From: a bacterium
GTDB taxonomy: Bacteria; Patescibacteriota; Saccharimonadia; CAILAD01; BJGX01
DNA: 44,685 nucleotides
NCBI GenBank assembly: GCA_037132395.1
Contig: JBAXPC010000001.1
Coordinates: 1 to 44,685, forward strand
Direction of reading: 5' to 3'
Below the pieces are notes generated by a model that did no database searches, was not told where the DNA came from, and was given only the letters and a program-made list of their open reading frames with translations. The position numbers and the translations under genes are program-made. Shown piece by piece: positions 8,961 through 17,244 of the stretch (its first letter is position 1; each line of letters opens with the position of its first letter).

Positions 8961-10016
8961 TTAAAGATCGGCTTTTTTGGGTAGCTTTAGCTCGATATTG
9001 CCCTCGAGCTGTTTGTCGGGGGTATCGTCGATGCAAGCTACTAGCTCTTTTTTGATTAAACTTTTGTCGATGTTTTGGCCAATAAAAACAATTTCTGTGA
9101 GGGGCTTTTGGTCCCAGTTTTCCCAGACTATCTCGGGCCGTACGCCAACGAGCTGAAATATATACTTGCGGCTATGGCCCTTCAGGCCGAAGTCGATAAT
9201 GCCTTTGGCTCGGTAAACATTAGTAGGCAATTTGCGGTTGACAAAATCTTGAAACTTCATAGGGTGCAAGGGCTCGGGGCTGGTCCATGAATAACTAGTG
9301 TATTTTTCATGTAGATGATCGGAGTGGTCGATGGGGTGGTCGTCAGGGTGATTGTCGTGGTCGTCAATGCTTGCATCATGGCTGGGCAGGGATCGCGATT
9401 TGTAAAGGTCTTGGTCGAGTAGTAGCCTAATATCGATTCGGCCTTTGGTTGATTCTAGCACTCTGACTCTCGGGTTAAAGCTAGTTATCATTTGGCGGAT
9501 GTCTTTGATTTTGTCTGGCTTTACGAGGTCGACTTTATTGATTACCACAAAATCACAAAACAAAATTTGGTCGCGGGCGATATCGTGCTCGGCGGCGTTT
9601 TTTTCGATATTCTCGGCATCGATGACAGTCACGATACCATCTAGCCTGACCTTTTGGCCTAGGGTTGTACGCAAGGTCAGAGCCAAGTCGCGTGGCTCCG
9701 CCAAGCCCGAAGCCTCGATAATAATATAATCGATGTTGCTGCCCTTAAAAACAAACTGGTCGATGGCTTCCTGGAGGTCGAGTGTCTTTAAGCTGCAGCA
9801 AATACAGCCACTGGTCAGCTCGAGCTGCTTGTCGCTTTGGCTTTTAATTAATTTGCTATCGATATTGATATCGCCGAAGTCATTAACCACAACGCCAATA
9901 TTCATCCCTTCGTTGTGCGTCAAGATATAATTAAGCATGGTTGTTTTGCCGGACCCCAAGAAGCCCTGCAAAACGGTGATTGGTATTTTATTGAATTCTA
10001 TTATTGGTTTAGTCAT
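8961..10016 (-). CDS. COG0523-family (CobW/ZigA/YeiR-like) metallochaperone GTPase with a His/Asp-rich insert
   Basis: GFLGSGKTT P-loop, CICCS (CxCC) motif, NKVD, and the His-rich stretch HDASIDDHDNHPDDHPIDHSDHLHE. Confidence 0.9.
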   Translation of the reverse strand: MTKPIIEFNKIPITVLQGFLGSGKTTMLNYILTHNEGMNIGVVVNDFGDINIDSKLIKSQSDKQLELTSGCICCSLKTLDLQEAIDQFVFKGSNIDYIIIEASGLAEPRDLALTLRTTLGQKVRLDGIVTVIDAENIEKNAAEHDIARDQILFCDFVVINKVDLVKPDKIKDIRQMITSFNPRVRVLESTKGRIDIRLLLDQDLYKSRSLPSHDASIDDHDNHPDDHPIDHSDHLHEKYTSYSWTSPEPLHPMKFQDFVNRKLPTNVYRAKGIIDFGLKGHSRKYIFQLVGVRPEIVWENWDQKPLTEIVFIGQNIDKSLIKKELVACIDDTPDKQLEGNIELKLPKKADL

Positions 10017-10020
10017 ATGG

Positions 10021-10039
10021 TGTATAATTGGATTATACA
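10021..10039. promoter_or_regulatory. Perfect 8-3-8 palindrome in the 33-bp divergent intergenic region; candidate metalloregulator operator carrying both -10 boxes
   Basis: TGTATAAT-tgg-ATTATACA. Each arm reads TATAAT towards its own gene. Confidence 0.4.
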
Positions 10040-10049
10040 GGAGGCAACC

Positions 10050-10793
10050 ATGAAACTAAAATTTATTCACAAAGAAAAAATAGCCCGCGATAGCTGGGAG
10101 CTGATGTTTGAAAAGCCCGACGGCTTTGTTTATGAACCAGGGCAGTATCTAGAGATCAATCTCAAACACCCCAAAGTCGATTCGCGAGGTATTAAGCGTT
10201 GGTTTACAATGTCGAGCTCGCCGACAGAAGGCGACATAATGCTAACTACGCGCTTTGTCGATAAGCACTCGAGCTTCAAGCAAGCTTTGATTGATTTGGA
10301 GCCAGCTGATGAGATAGAGGCGATTGGCCCGCAGGGAAATTTTTTGTTGCCAAGCGACACCGACAAACCGATTGTTTGGATTGCAGGTGGGATTGGTATT
10401 ACGCCGTTTAGATCACAGCTAAAATTTTTGTTAGACAACCAACAGATCGATCGAGATATTACACTGATATATTCTAACCGTACCGAACAAGATATATGCT
10501 TTGGCGATTTGTGGTCGAGTGCAGCTAAGCAAATGCCGAAGTTTAAATTGGTGATGACTTTGGTTGATGATATTCCGGAGAGCTGGACCGGCGAAACAGG
10601 GCTGGTAGATGAAGCGATGATCGTGCGTGCAGTCGGTGCAGATAGAGCGGTCAGCTCGATGGCTTTTTACGTTTCTGGGCCCGAACCAATGGTCGAGGCC
10701 TTTGGTCCAAAGCTAGTTGCGATGGGTGTTGCTGAGGCAGACATCAAACAAGACTGGTTCCCGAATTATACCGATGAGTTTTTTAAGCTTTAG
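10050..10793 (+). CDS. FNR-like FAD/NAD(P)-binding oxidoreductase (ferredoxin reductase-type)
   Basis: RWFTMSSSP (RxYS-type FAD motif), GPQGNF, IAGGIGITPFRS, YVSGPEPMV. Start at ATG 10050, preceded by AGGAGG. The track ORF from 9915 would overlap the divergent gene. Confidence 0.85.
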   Translation: MKLKFIHKEKIARDSWELMFEKPDGFVYEPGQYLEINLKHPKVDSRGIKRWFTMSSSPTEGDIMLTTRFVDKHSSFKQALIDLEPADEIEAIGPQGNFLLPSDTDKPIVWIAGGIGITPFRSQLKFLLDNQQIDRDITLIYSNRTEQDICFGDLWSSAAKQMPKFKLVMTLVDDIPESWTGETGLVDEAMIVRAVGADRAVSSMAFYVSGPEPMVEAFGPKLVAMGVAEADIKQDWFPNYTDEFFKL

Positions 10794-10818
10794 CAGCTGC
10801 TAGATACGATAGTGCTTA

Positions 10819-10827
10819 TGTTATAAT
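10819..10827 (+). promoter_or_regulatory. Extended -10 element placed for a leaderless kinase transcript
   Basis: TGtTATAAT, then 7 nt (tttatta), then GTG at 10835. Confidence 0.35.
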
Positions 10828-10834
10828 TTTATTA

Positions 10835-12493
10835 GTGAAAAATTCAAAATCGCATAAATATACTTATATCCAGCTAACCACAGTGACGACTGTCTTGCAC
10901 TTGTTGGCGGGTTTATTCGTAGCCTCATTGTTTTTGTTTGAGATACAGACCTCAAACAATAAGCTGCTGTGCTATATTTTGGGTGGCCTGATCATTGCTG
11001 GGCTAATATATAATTTGGCTTTTGCCAATATTCTATCTAAGCGACTTGAAGCTCTATCAAAATATTTGCAACTACTTTTTGTGTTGGTCGAGCTTCTCGC
11101 AATAGTTTATTTTACGGGCGGAATCTCATCTATCTGGTACCCAGTGCTGTTAATTATGATTATAGCTTGCTCGGTGCTGGGCTTTGGGGCTTTTTTTGCC
11201 AATGTAGCGCTAATAACGAGCGTATATGTCGGCAGCATAGTGCTTAGCCTGGCGCAAGGGCAGAGCTTGACGCAAAATTTTAATTTGTTTCCTGCTACAG
11301 TTGCTTGTTTGGTCATCTCGGCCGTCGTGGCCTATGCTAGCGACCTCTACGCTAAGGGCAATAAATCGCTTAAGCAGGCATCCTCTAGCCTCGACGGGGC
11401 TAATATGTCGGAGCGTTTGATTTTGGGCTCAATCGCTGATGCCCTAATAGGAATCGATACAGCAGGCAAAATTATTTTGATGAACGAGGCGGCTCAGACA
11501 CTGACAGGGTGGGACATGCACGATGCACTTAATTTTAATTGCAGCCAGGTATTGAAGCTAAAAGGTGCCGACGACAAAGATGTTTTGGGTGCTAATGACC
11601 CCTTCTTAGCTGTTTTGCACAGCAAGCAACCAATTCGAAGCTCTAATTACCACCTGTTGACAAAAGGTAATGAGCGACGTGACCTGTCGGTATCGATTGC
11701 ACCTACCTTTAATAGTGCTTCTGATATAAGCGGAGCGGTGGCTGTTATTGTAGACATATCTGAGCAAAAGGCCCTCGAGAGGCAAAAGGAAGAATTCGTG
11801 TCGACCGCCAGCCATGAAATGCGTACCCCGGTAGCGGCAATTGAAGGTTATATTGCGATGGCATCGAACCCGAAGTTGGCCCAGATAGACGATAAAGCTC
11901 GAGGTTTTTTAGACAAAGCCCACAGCTCTTCGGTACACCTTGGTAAGCTTTTCCAGGACCTCTTGAGTGTTAGCAAAATAGAAGATAGGGATCTGAAAGA
12001 AACCAAGGCGGTTGTTAATATCAGCGATTTGGTACTAAAGATTGCAACAGATATGCAAATTATTGCCAACAGTAAGGGTTTGCACCTGACCACTCACATC
12101 GGCGGGGCAGGTATCAAGAACCAAACAGTTATAGCGCCAACCTATAACGTTTTGGTGGATCCCGAAAAGATATCTGAGGTCGTGACGAATTTAGTTGATA
12201 ATGCTATTAAGTATACGGCTCAAGGTAGTGTAGATATCGAAATTGAAGGCGACAAAGAATCCGTTACGGTTCGGGTTCGCGATACTGGCATCGGGATATC
12301 TTCTCAGGAGCAAAAGCACCTTTTTGAAAAGTTCTATAGAGTTAATAACACTATGACCCGCGAGCACTCCGGTACTGGCTTAGGGCTATATATTGCCCGC
12401 AACCTAGTGGAGCTTTACGGCGGCAGAATATGGGTCGAGTCCGTGCTGGGCAGGGGCTCTGCTTTTGCTTTTAAATTGCCCCTGGTAAAATAA
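10835..12493 (+). CDS. Sensor histidine kinase (multi-TM N-terminus, PAS, HisKA, HATPase_c)
   Basis: H-box FVSTASHEMRTP, N-box NLVDNAIKYT, DTGIGIS, GTGLGLYIA. About 5 N-terminal TM helices. Confidence 0.9.
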   Translation: MKNSKSHKYTYIQLTTVTTVLHLLAGLFVASLFLFEIQTSNNKLLCYILGGLIIAGLIYNLAFANILSKRLEALSKYLQLLFVLVELLAIVYFTGGISSIWYPVLLIMIIACSVLGFGAFFANVALITSVYVGSIVLSLAQGQSLTQNFNLFPATVACLVISAVVAYASDLYAKGNKSLKQASSSLDGANMSERLILGSIADALIGIDTAGKIILMNEAAQTLTGWDMHDALNFNCSQVLKLKGADDKDVLGANDPFLAVLHSKQPIRSSNYHLLTKGNERRDLSVSIAPTFNSASDISGAVAVIVDISEQKALERQKEEFVSTASHEMRTPVAAIEGYIAMASNPKLAQIDDKARGFLDKAHSSSVHLGKLFQDLLSVSKIEDRDLKETKAVVNISDLVLKIATDMQIIANSKGLHLTTHIGGAGIKNQTVIAPTYNVLVDPEKISEVVTNLVDNAIKYTAQGSVDIEIEGDKESVTVRVRDTGIGISSQEQKHLFEKFYRVNNTMTREHSGTGLGLYIARNLVELYGGRIWVESVLGRGSAFAFKLPLVK

Positions 12494-12547
12494 TAGTTGC
12501 ATTATGAGCATAAAAAGTATTAAAATAGATTTAAGAAACGAGGAAAC

Positions 12548-13045
12548 ATGCCAAAAGTATTACTAGTTGAAGATGATATTAGCCTAAGAGATGTATATTT
12601 TGCCCGCCTGCAGGCTGAAGGCTATGAGCTTTCGGTAGCCGGAAATGGCGAGGAGGCACTAGCTATGGCTGTTAAGGTTCGGCCTGATTTGATAATACTC
12701 GATGTAATGATGCCGAGAATATCAGGCTTTGACGTATTGGATATTATCAGAACTACACCAGAGATTGCCCACACCAAAGTGATCATGATGACCGCCCTAG
12801 GTAGCGCCGCCGACAAAGAACGAGGCGAAAAGCTAGGAGTCGATAAATACCTTGTAAAATCACAGGTAACACTAGAGGATGTGGTTACGAACATCAAGAA
12901 AGTGCTAGATACCCCGGCCTCTACAGCTAACGAACCAGTGGTAGGTCAGCCGCAGCCCGCACCCGGAGTAGTCCCTGGTGCCGCTGCTACCGAACCGAAA
13001 GCTGATGATACAGCTGGCACGCCGCCTGCAAATCCGATAGTATAA
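12548..13045 (+). CDS. Single-domain response regulator (receiver only) with a Pro/Ala-rich tail
   Basis: LLVEDD, ILDVMMP (phospho-Asp), MMTA, KYLVKSQ. The C-terminal 45 aa are low complexity (PVVGQPQPAPGVVPGAAATEP...). SD is GAGGAA. Confidence 0.9.
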   Translation: MPKVLLVEDDISLRDVYFARLQAEGYELSVAGNGEEALAMAVKVRPDLIILDVMMPRISGFDVLDIIRTTPEIAHTKVIMMTALGSAADKERGEKLGVDKYLVKSQVTLEDVVTNIKKVLDTPASTANEPVVGQPQPAPGVVPGAAATEPKADDTAGTPPANPIV

Positions 13046-13066
13046 TCGATAAATAGTCCTTAGTTA

Positions 13067-13096
13067 TTGAGAGAATTCGGCATTATAAGATATAAT
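13067..13096 (+). promoter_or_regulatory. Promoter positioned for a leaderless aspS mRNA
   Basis: TTGAGA, 18 nt, TATAAT (13091-13096), then 7 nt to ATG 13104. No SD. Confidence 0.45.
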
Positions 13097-13103
13097 TGTA
13101 TTT

Positions 13104-14510
13104 ATGAAAAACAGAACAATGATAAGTCAGCTCGCTAACTTTGTTGGCGAGGAAAAAACAATAGTCGGTTGGGTCCATATTAGACGCGACCATGGCAAGC
13201 TGGCTTTTTTTGAAATCCGCGATGCCTCAGCCGTGGTGCAAGCAGTTTATTTTCGAAACGGCCAGGCCCTCGATGAAATAATTGGCGAACTCCGAACTGA
13301 ATTTGTTATTCGGATTGATGGGATTGTTAAAGCTAGACCCGAGAAAATGATTAACCCTGATCACCCCACGGGCACTATTGAATTTGAGATAAAAGATCTT
13401 GAAATCCTGAGCAAAGCCGACACACCCCCGTTTGAAATTACCGAAGCTAAGTCAAATGTCCACGAAGATATTCGAATGCGCTACCGCTACCTTGATCTGC
13501 GTCGAGCCGAGATGCAAGCCAATATTCGCTTTCGACATATTTTTATAAAAGCTATCCGTAACTACATGGATGATGCTGGCTTTGTGGAGATCGAGACCCC
13601 GATACTGACCAAGTCCTCACCTGAAGGTGCCCGCGATTTCCTGGTGCCTTCTAGAATAAGCAAGGGTAAGTTTTATGCTTTGCCGCAAGCGCCACAGCAA
13701 TTTAAGCAGCTACTGATGATTGCTGGGTTTGAGAAGTACTACCAAATTGCACGCTGCTTCAGAGACGAAGACCAGCGAGGCGACCGACAGCCCGAATTTA
13801 CCCAGCTGGACATGGAGATGAGCTTTATGAGCCAAGCGGAGATACTAGATTTTAATGAACAAATGTTCAAGGAGATTATTTCCGAATTATTGCCCAGCAA
13901 GAAACTTCCTACGAAATTTGAAGTAATAACCTATGCCGAATCAATAAAAAAATACGGCACCGACAAGCCTGACATTAGAGCAAACAAGGAGGACCCTGAC
14001 GAACTGGCCTTCTGCTGGATAGTAGACTTTCCGGTTTTCGAGAAGACTACCGAAGGGCACATAACTTTTGCTCACAATCCCTTCGCCAAACCGCTCGATG
14101 AAGATCTGAATTTATTAAGCTCTGAGAATGTCGACGACTTACTAAAAATGCGTGCACACTGCTACGATTTGGTCTTAAATGGAGTCGAAATAAGTAGCGG
14201 CAGTTTGCGTATTAACGACCCGGAAGTTCAAAAGGCGGTTTTTGAGAGGTTTGGGCTCAGCCAAAGCGAAGTAGATCAAAGGTTTGGTGACTTCTTGGAG
14301 GCCTTCAAGTATGGTGTACCGCCTCATGGTGGGTTTGCTCCAGGCCTCGATAGGCTTATAGCCGAACTGCTTGGGGAAAGCTCAATTAGAGAAGTTATTG
14401 CATTTCCAAAAACTGGCGATGCTAGAGACTTGATGTTTAAAAGTCCATCAGAAATAATCCCTGAGCAACTTATTGACCTTGGCATAAGCACCAAAAAGCA
14501 AAAGGAGTAA
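13104..14510 (+). CDS. aspS: Aspartate--tRNA ligase; bacterial-type motifs but short (468 aa)
   Basis: OB-fold N-terminus, motif 2 FRDEDQRGDRQPEFTQLDMEMSF, motif 3 GGFAPGLDRL. Confidence 0.92.
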   Translation: MKNRTMISQLANFVGEEKTIVGWVHIRRDHGKLAFFEIRDASAVVQAVYFRNGQALDEIIGELRTEFVIRIDGIVKARPEKMINPDHPTGTIEFEIKDLEILSKADTPPFEITEAKSNVHEDIRMRYRYLDLRRAEMQANIRFRHIFIKAIRNYMDDAGFVEIETPILTKSSPEGARDFLVPSRISKGKFYALPQAPQQFKQLLMIAGFEKYYQIARCFRDEDQRGDRQPEFTQLDMEMSFMSQAEILDFNEQMFKEIISELLPSKKLPTKFEVITYAESIKKYGTDKPDIRANKEDPDELAFCWIVDFPVFEKTTEGHITFAHNPFAKPLDEDLNLLSSENVDDLLKMRAHCYDLVLNGVEISSGSLRINDPEVQKAVFERFGLSQSEVDQRFGDFLEAFKYGVPPHGGFAPGLDRLIAELLGESSIREVIAFPKTGDARDLMFKSPSEIIPEQLIDLGISTKKQKE

Positions 14511-14514
14511 AAAG

Positions 14515-15174
14515 GTGGCTTTCGTTCTGGAACTCGAAAACTTTCAGGGCCCATTTGATGTACTCCTGGAGCTGCTTGGCAAACACCAGCTCAATATAAC
14601 CGATGTGTCGCTAGGTGAAGTTACCTCTGAATACTTAGAGTACATATCAAAAATAGATCTTGCTGTTGAAGATATGAGCTGGTTTTTATTTGTAGCGGCA
14701 AAGTTAGCCCTAGACAAGAGCCAGCTGATTTTGAGAATCGAGCCCGAGAATGATGAGATGGAAATCAACATTGCCGAATCCCTTAAAAGCTACCAGAAAA
14801 TAAAGAGCTTGGCTCTGGGCTTGTCGGTTAGATCCAAAAAACCTCTTTATAGTAGAGTTGCCCGGCCCCAAAAACATCACCGCACCTTATTGGTTAACAG
14901 GCCCGAACTGGATGTAATATTTAAAGGGCTGATGAATTATTATAAGAATTTACCTAAAACTAAAAATATCAAGTCCAATAAACTAGCTATTGAGGGTTTC
15001 AAGCGTCAGTTTTATGATCACATATCTAATATGCAGGAGTTTTCGGCTCAATCTGTACTATCCAAATCTTCATCTAGGCCGGAAGCAATTGTGTATTTTT
15101 TAACATTGCTGGAGCTTCTAAAGCAAGGCCGAATCAGCAATAGTAACCAAAAATTTTTACTGGAGGTTGTATAA
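14515..15174 (+). CDS. scpA: Segregation and condensation protein A
   Basis: GTG start with AAGGAG upstream. N-terminus LENFQGPFDVLLELLGKHQLNITDVSLGEVTSEYLEYI is typical of ScpA. Confidence 0.85.
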   Translation: MAFVLELENFQGPFDVLLELLGKHQLNITDVSLGEVTSEYLEYISKIDLAVEDMSWFLFVAAKLALDKSQLILRIEPENDEMEINIAESLKSYQKIKSLALGLSVRSKKPLYSRVARPQKHHRTLLVNRPELDVIFKGLMNYYKNLPKTKNIKSNKLAIEGFKRQFYDHISNMQEFSAQSVLSKSSSRPEAIVYFLTLLELLKQGRISNSNQKFLLEVV

Positions 15175-15176
15175 AT

Positions 15177-15656
15177 ATGGACCACCAAGCAAAACTCGTG
15201 TCATTGCTGTTTTACTCAGCAGAGCCAATCGATATAGGGCAAATCTTAAAAACTTTTGGAATTAGTAAAAACGAGCTCGAAAAACTTAAAGATTCTGCCA
15301 ATAAATCTCTAGAAGTTGTGGGCTTGATGGTTATTAGCGATAGCGACACCATGCAGCTGACAGTTCAAAGTGGGTATTCTTCGCTAATAGAAGAGTTTTA
15401 CGAGACTACTCCTCAAGAGCTATCTCAGCCGGCACTCGAAGTGTTGAGTATAATCGCCTACAAACAGCCAATTGGTAAAAGCGATATCGATGAAGTCCGA
15501 GGCGTTAGCAGCGAACAATCATTGCGTAATCTTCTCAACAAATCATTAATAAAAAAAGTTGCAAGAGGGGGCCAAACTAAATTCGTTACAACAGCCGAAT
15601 TTATGAAGCTAGTGGGTATCAGTTCTATTGTTGAGTTAGGAGATAAAAATGAATAG
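15177..15656 (+). CDS. scpB: Segregation and condensation protein B
   Basis: LSQPALEVLSIIAYKQPIGKSDIDEVRGV winged-helix signature; adjacent to scpA. Confidence 0.85.
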   Translation: MDHQAKLVSLLFYSAEPIDIGQILKTFGISKNELEKLKDSANKSLEVVGLMVISDSDTMQLTVQSGYSSLIEEFYETTPQELSQPALEVLSIIAYKQPIGKSDIDEVRGVSSEQSLRNLLNKSLIKKVARGGQTKFVTTAEFMKLVGISSIVELGDKNE

Positions 15657-16338
15657 CCCTAACCCACGACTCAACAAGTACTTGGTCGGGGTTGGTCTGG
15701 CAGAGAGTAGGCGCAAGGCCGATGAGCTAATTACTGCTGGCAGAGTTAGTATTAATGGTGCCACCGAAACAAATCTTGCCACTAGGGTTATGGACACAGA
15801 CCTTGTTTCGCTTGATGGCCAGAGCGGAACTAAACGCAAAGACATCTACATCGCCTACAACAAGCCCAGAGGGTTGGTTTGCTCGCATATCAAGCAGGGT
15901 AGTTCTAAAACAATTTTTGAAGAATTACCGATTGCTTTTGCTAATTTGAAGATTGCCGGTAGGCTCGACAAAGACAGCGAGGGGCTAATGATACTTAGTT
16001 CCGATGGAGATTTCATCAATAAAATAACTCATCCCAGCAGCAGGAAAGACAAGACTTATTTGGTATATACAAAACAAGATATTACTCAGCCAGTAGTTGC
16101 CAAGCTAAACGAGGGGGTAAAATTGGTCGATGGAGTCAGTAAGCTAAAGACTACGATCATCGGAAAGAATGCCACCAGAGTAATAATTAGTGAGGGGCGT
16201 AATCGTCAGATTAGGCGCAGTTTCGAGACGCTCGGCTTAACAGTCATAAAGCTTCAAAGAGTAAGGATTGGGCTATACTCGAACCGGCATCTGGCTCCAA
16301 AGGATTTTATATTCATAAAGCCCGAGGACGTTCTGTGA
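15649..16338 (+). CDS. Pseudouridine synthase, RsuA/RluB family (S4 domain plus catalytic domain)
   Basis: S4 motif RLNKYL...SRRKADELITAGRVSING and catalytic GRLDKDSEGLMILSSDG. Confidence 0.88.
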   Translation: MNSPNPRLNKYLVGVGLAESRRKADELITAGRVSINGATETNLATRVMDTDLVSLDGQSGTKRKDIYIAYNKPRGLVCSHIKQGSSKTIFEELPIAFANLKIAGRLDKDSEGLMILSSDGDFINKITHPSSRKDKTYLVYTKQDITQPVVAKLNEGVKLVDGVSKLKTTIIGKNATRVIISEGRNRQIRRSFETLGLTVIKLQRVRIGLYSNRHLAPKDFIFIKPEDVL

Positions 16339-17243
16339 GCCCATTAGTTATTGGTGGACTAGTGTTGAGTTTGTTGGTATTAAATGGGGCTAAGATATTT
16401 GGGCCTCTCTCGGGTTTGGCTAACGATAAGGCTAGCCCCCCAAGCCTTAACCAACCCTATAAAAAGTCTGGTCACCTAGCTTATCCGACGCCAATAGCCA
16501 ACTCAAAGCCAATTAGTGTTGGGGCCTCGTCGGCAATTATTTACGATATGGATTCAGGGATTAAGCTTTACGATAAGGCTGGCAATCAGCAGCGCTCGAT
16601 AGCATCGATTACAAAACTAATGACGGCCTTGGTCATTATGGACGCCCATACACCCGATGAGGTTGTAACTGTCGGCAACATTCCAGAGCTCGACAGCTAC
16701 GACCAAAAAATTGGTATTTACTGGAGTGAGAAATTTAAATTAATTGATATTATGAAGGCTTTGCTGATATATTCGGCCAATGATGCGGCAAATGCCCTGG
16801 CTATCTATGACAGCGGGTCGATTGACGCTTTTGCTAATAAAATGAATGTCAAAGCTAGCCAGTGGGGACTTAAAAATAGTAAGTTTGTTAATCCTTCTGG
16901 TCTAGACCAGACCGGCGAGTACAGCAGTGCTGATGATATTTTGATATTAGCTGGTCTACTATACAAAAACCAGATCTTCCGAGATATTGTCGGTACTAGA
17001 TCGGATCAGATTTATAGCCTCCAGGGTAAACCATATAGCCTAGTTACGACCAATAAGCTCCTGGGGCAATTTGGGGTGATAGGAATGAAAACTGGGTACA
17101 CGATTACATCTGGCGAATGCCTCATTACGGTTGCTCAAAGGGATGGACATCGCATCATGACAGTGGTCCTCAATAGCCCTGACCGTTTTCAAGAGAGCAA
17201 AAGTATGATAGACTGGTCGTTCAATAACTATATTTGGCAATAA
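16335..17243 (+). CDS. D-alanyl-D-alanine carboxypeptidase (S11 family low-molecular-weight PBP)
   Basis: SITK (SxxK), SAND (SxN), KTGYT (KTG). N-terminal membrane anchor. Confidence 0.88.
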   Translation: MSPLVIGGLVLSLLVLNGAKIFGPLSGLANDKASPPSLNQPYKKSGHLAYPTPIANSKPISVGASSAIIYDMDSGIKLYDKAGNQQRSIASITKLMTALVIMDAHTPDEVVTVGNIPELDSYDQKIGIYWSEKFKLIDIMKALLIYSANDAANALAIYDSGSIDAFANKMNVKASQWGLKNSKFVNPSGLDQTGEYSSADDILILAGLLYKNQIFRDIVGTRSDQIYSLQGKPYSLVTTNKLLGQFGVIGMKTGYTITSGECLITVAQRDGHRIMTVVLNSPDRFQESKSMIDWSFNNYIWQ

Positions 17244-17244
17244 A

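Noticed and set aside
9915-10049. The N-terminal extension of the FNR-like ORF as drawn in the track (start at 9915).
   Set aside because: It would overlap the divergent COG0523 gene by about 100 nt. ATG 10050 has a perfect AGGAGG SD, and the conserved domain begins there.
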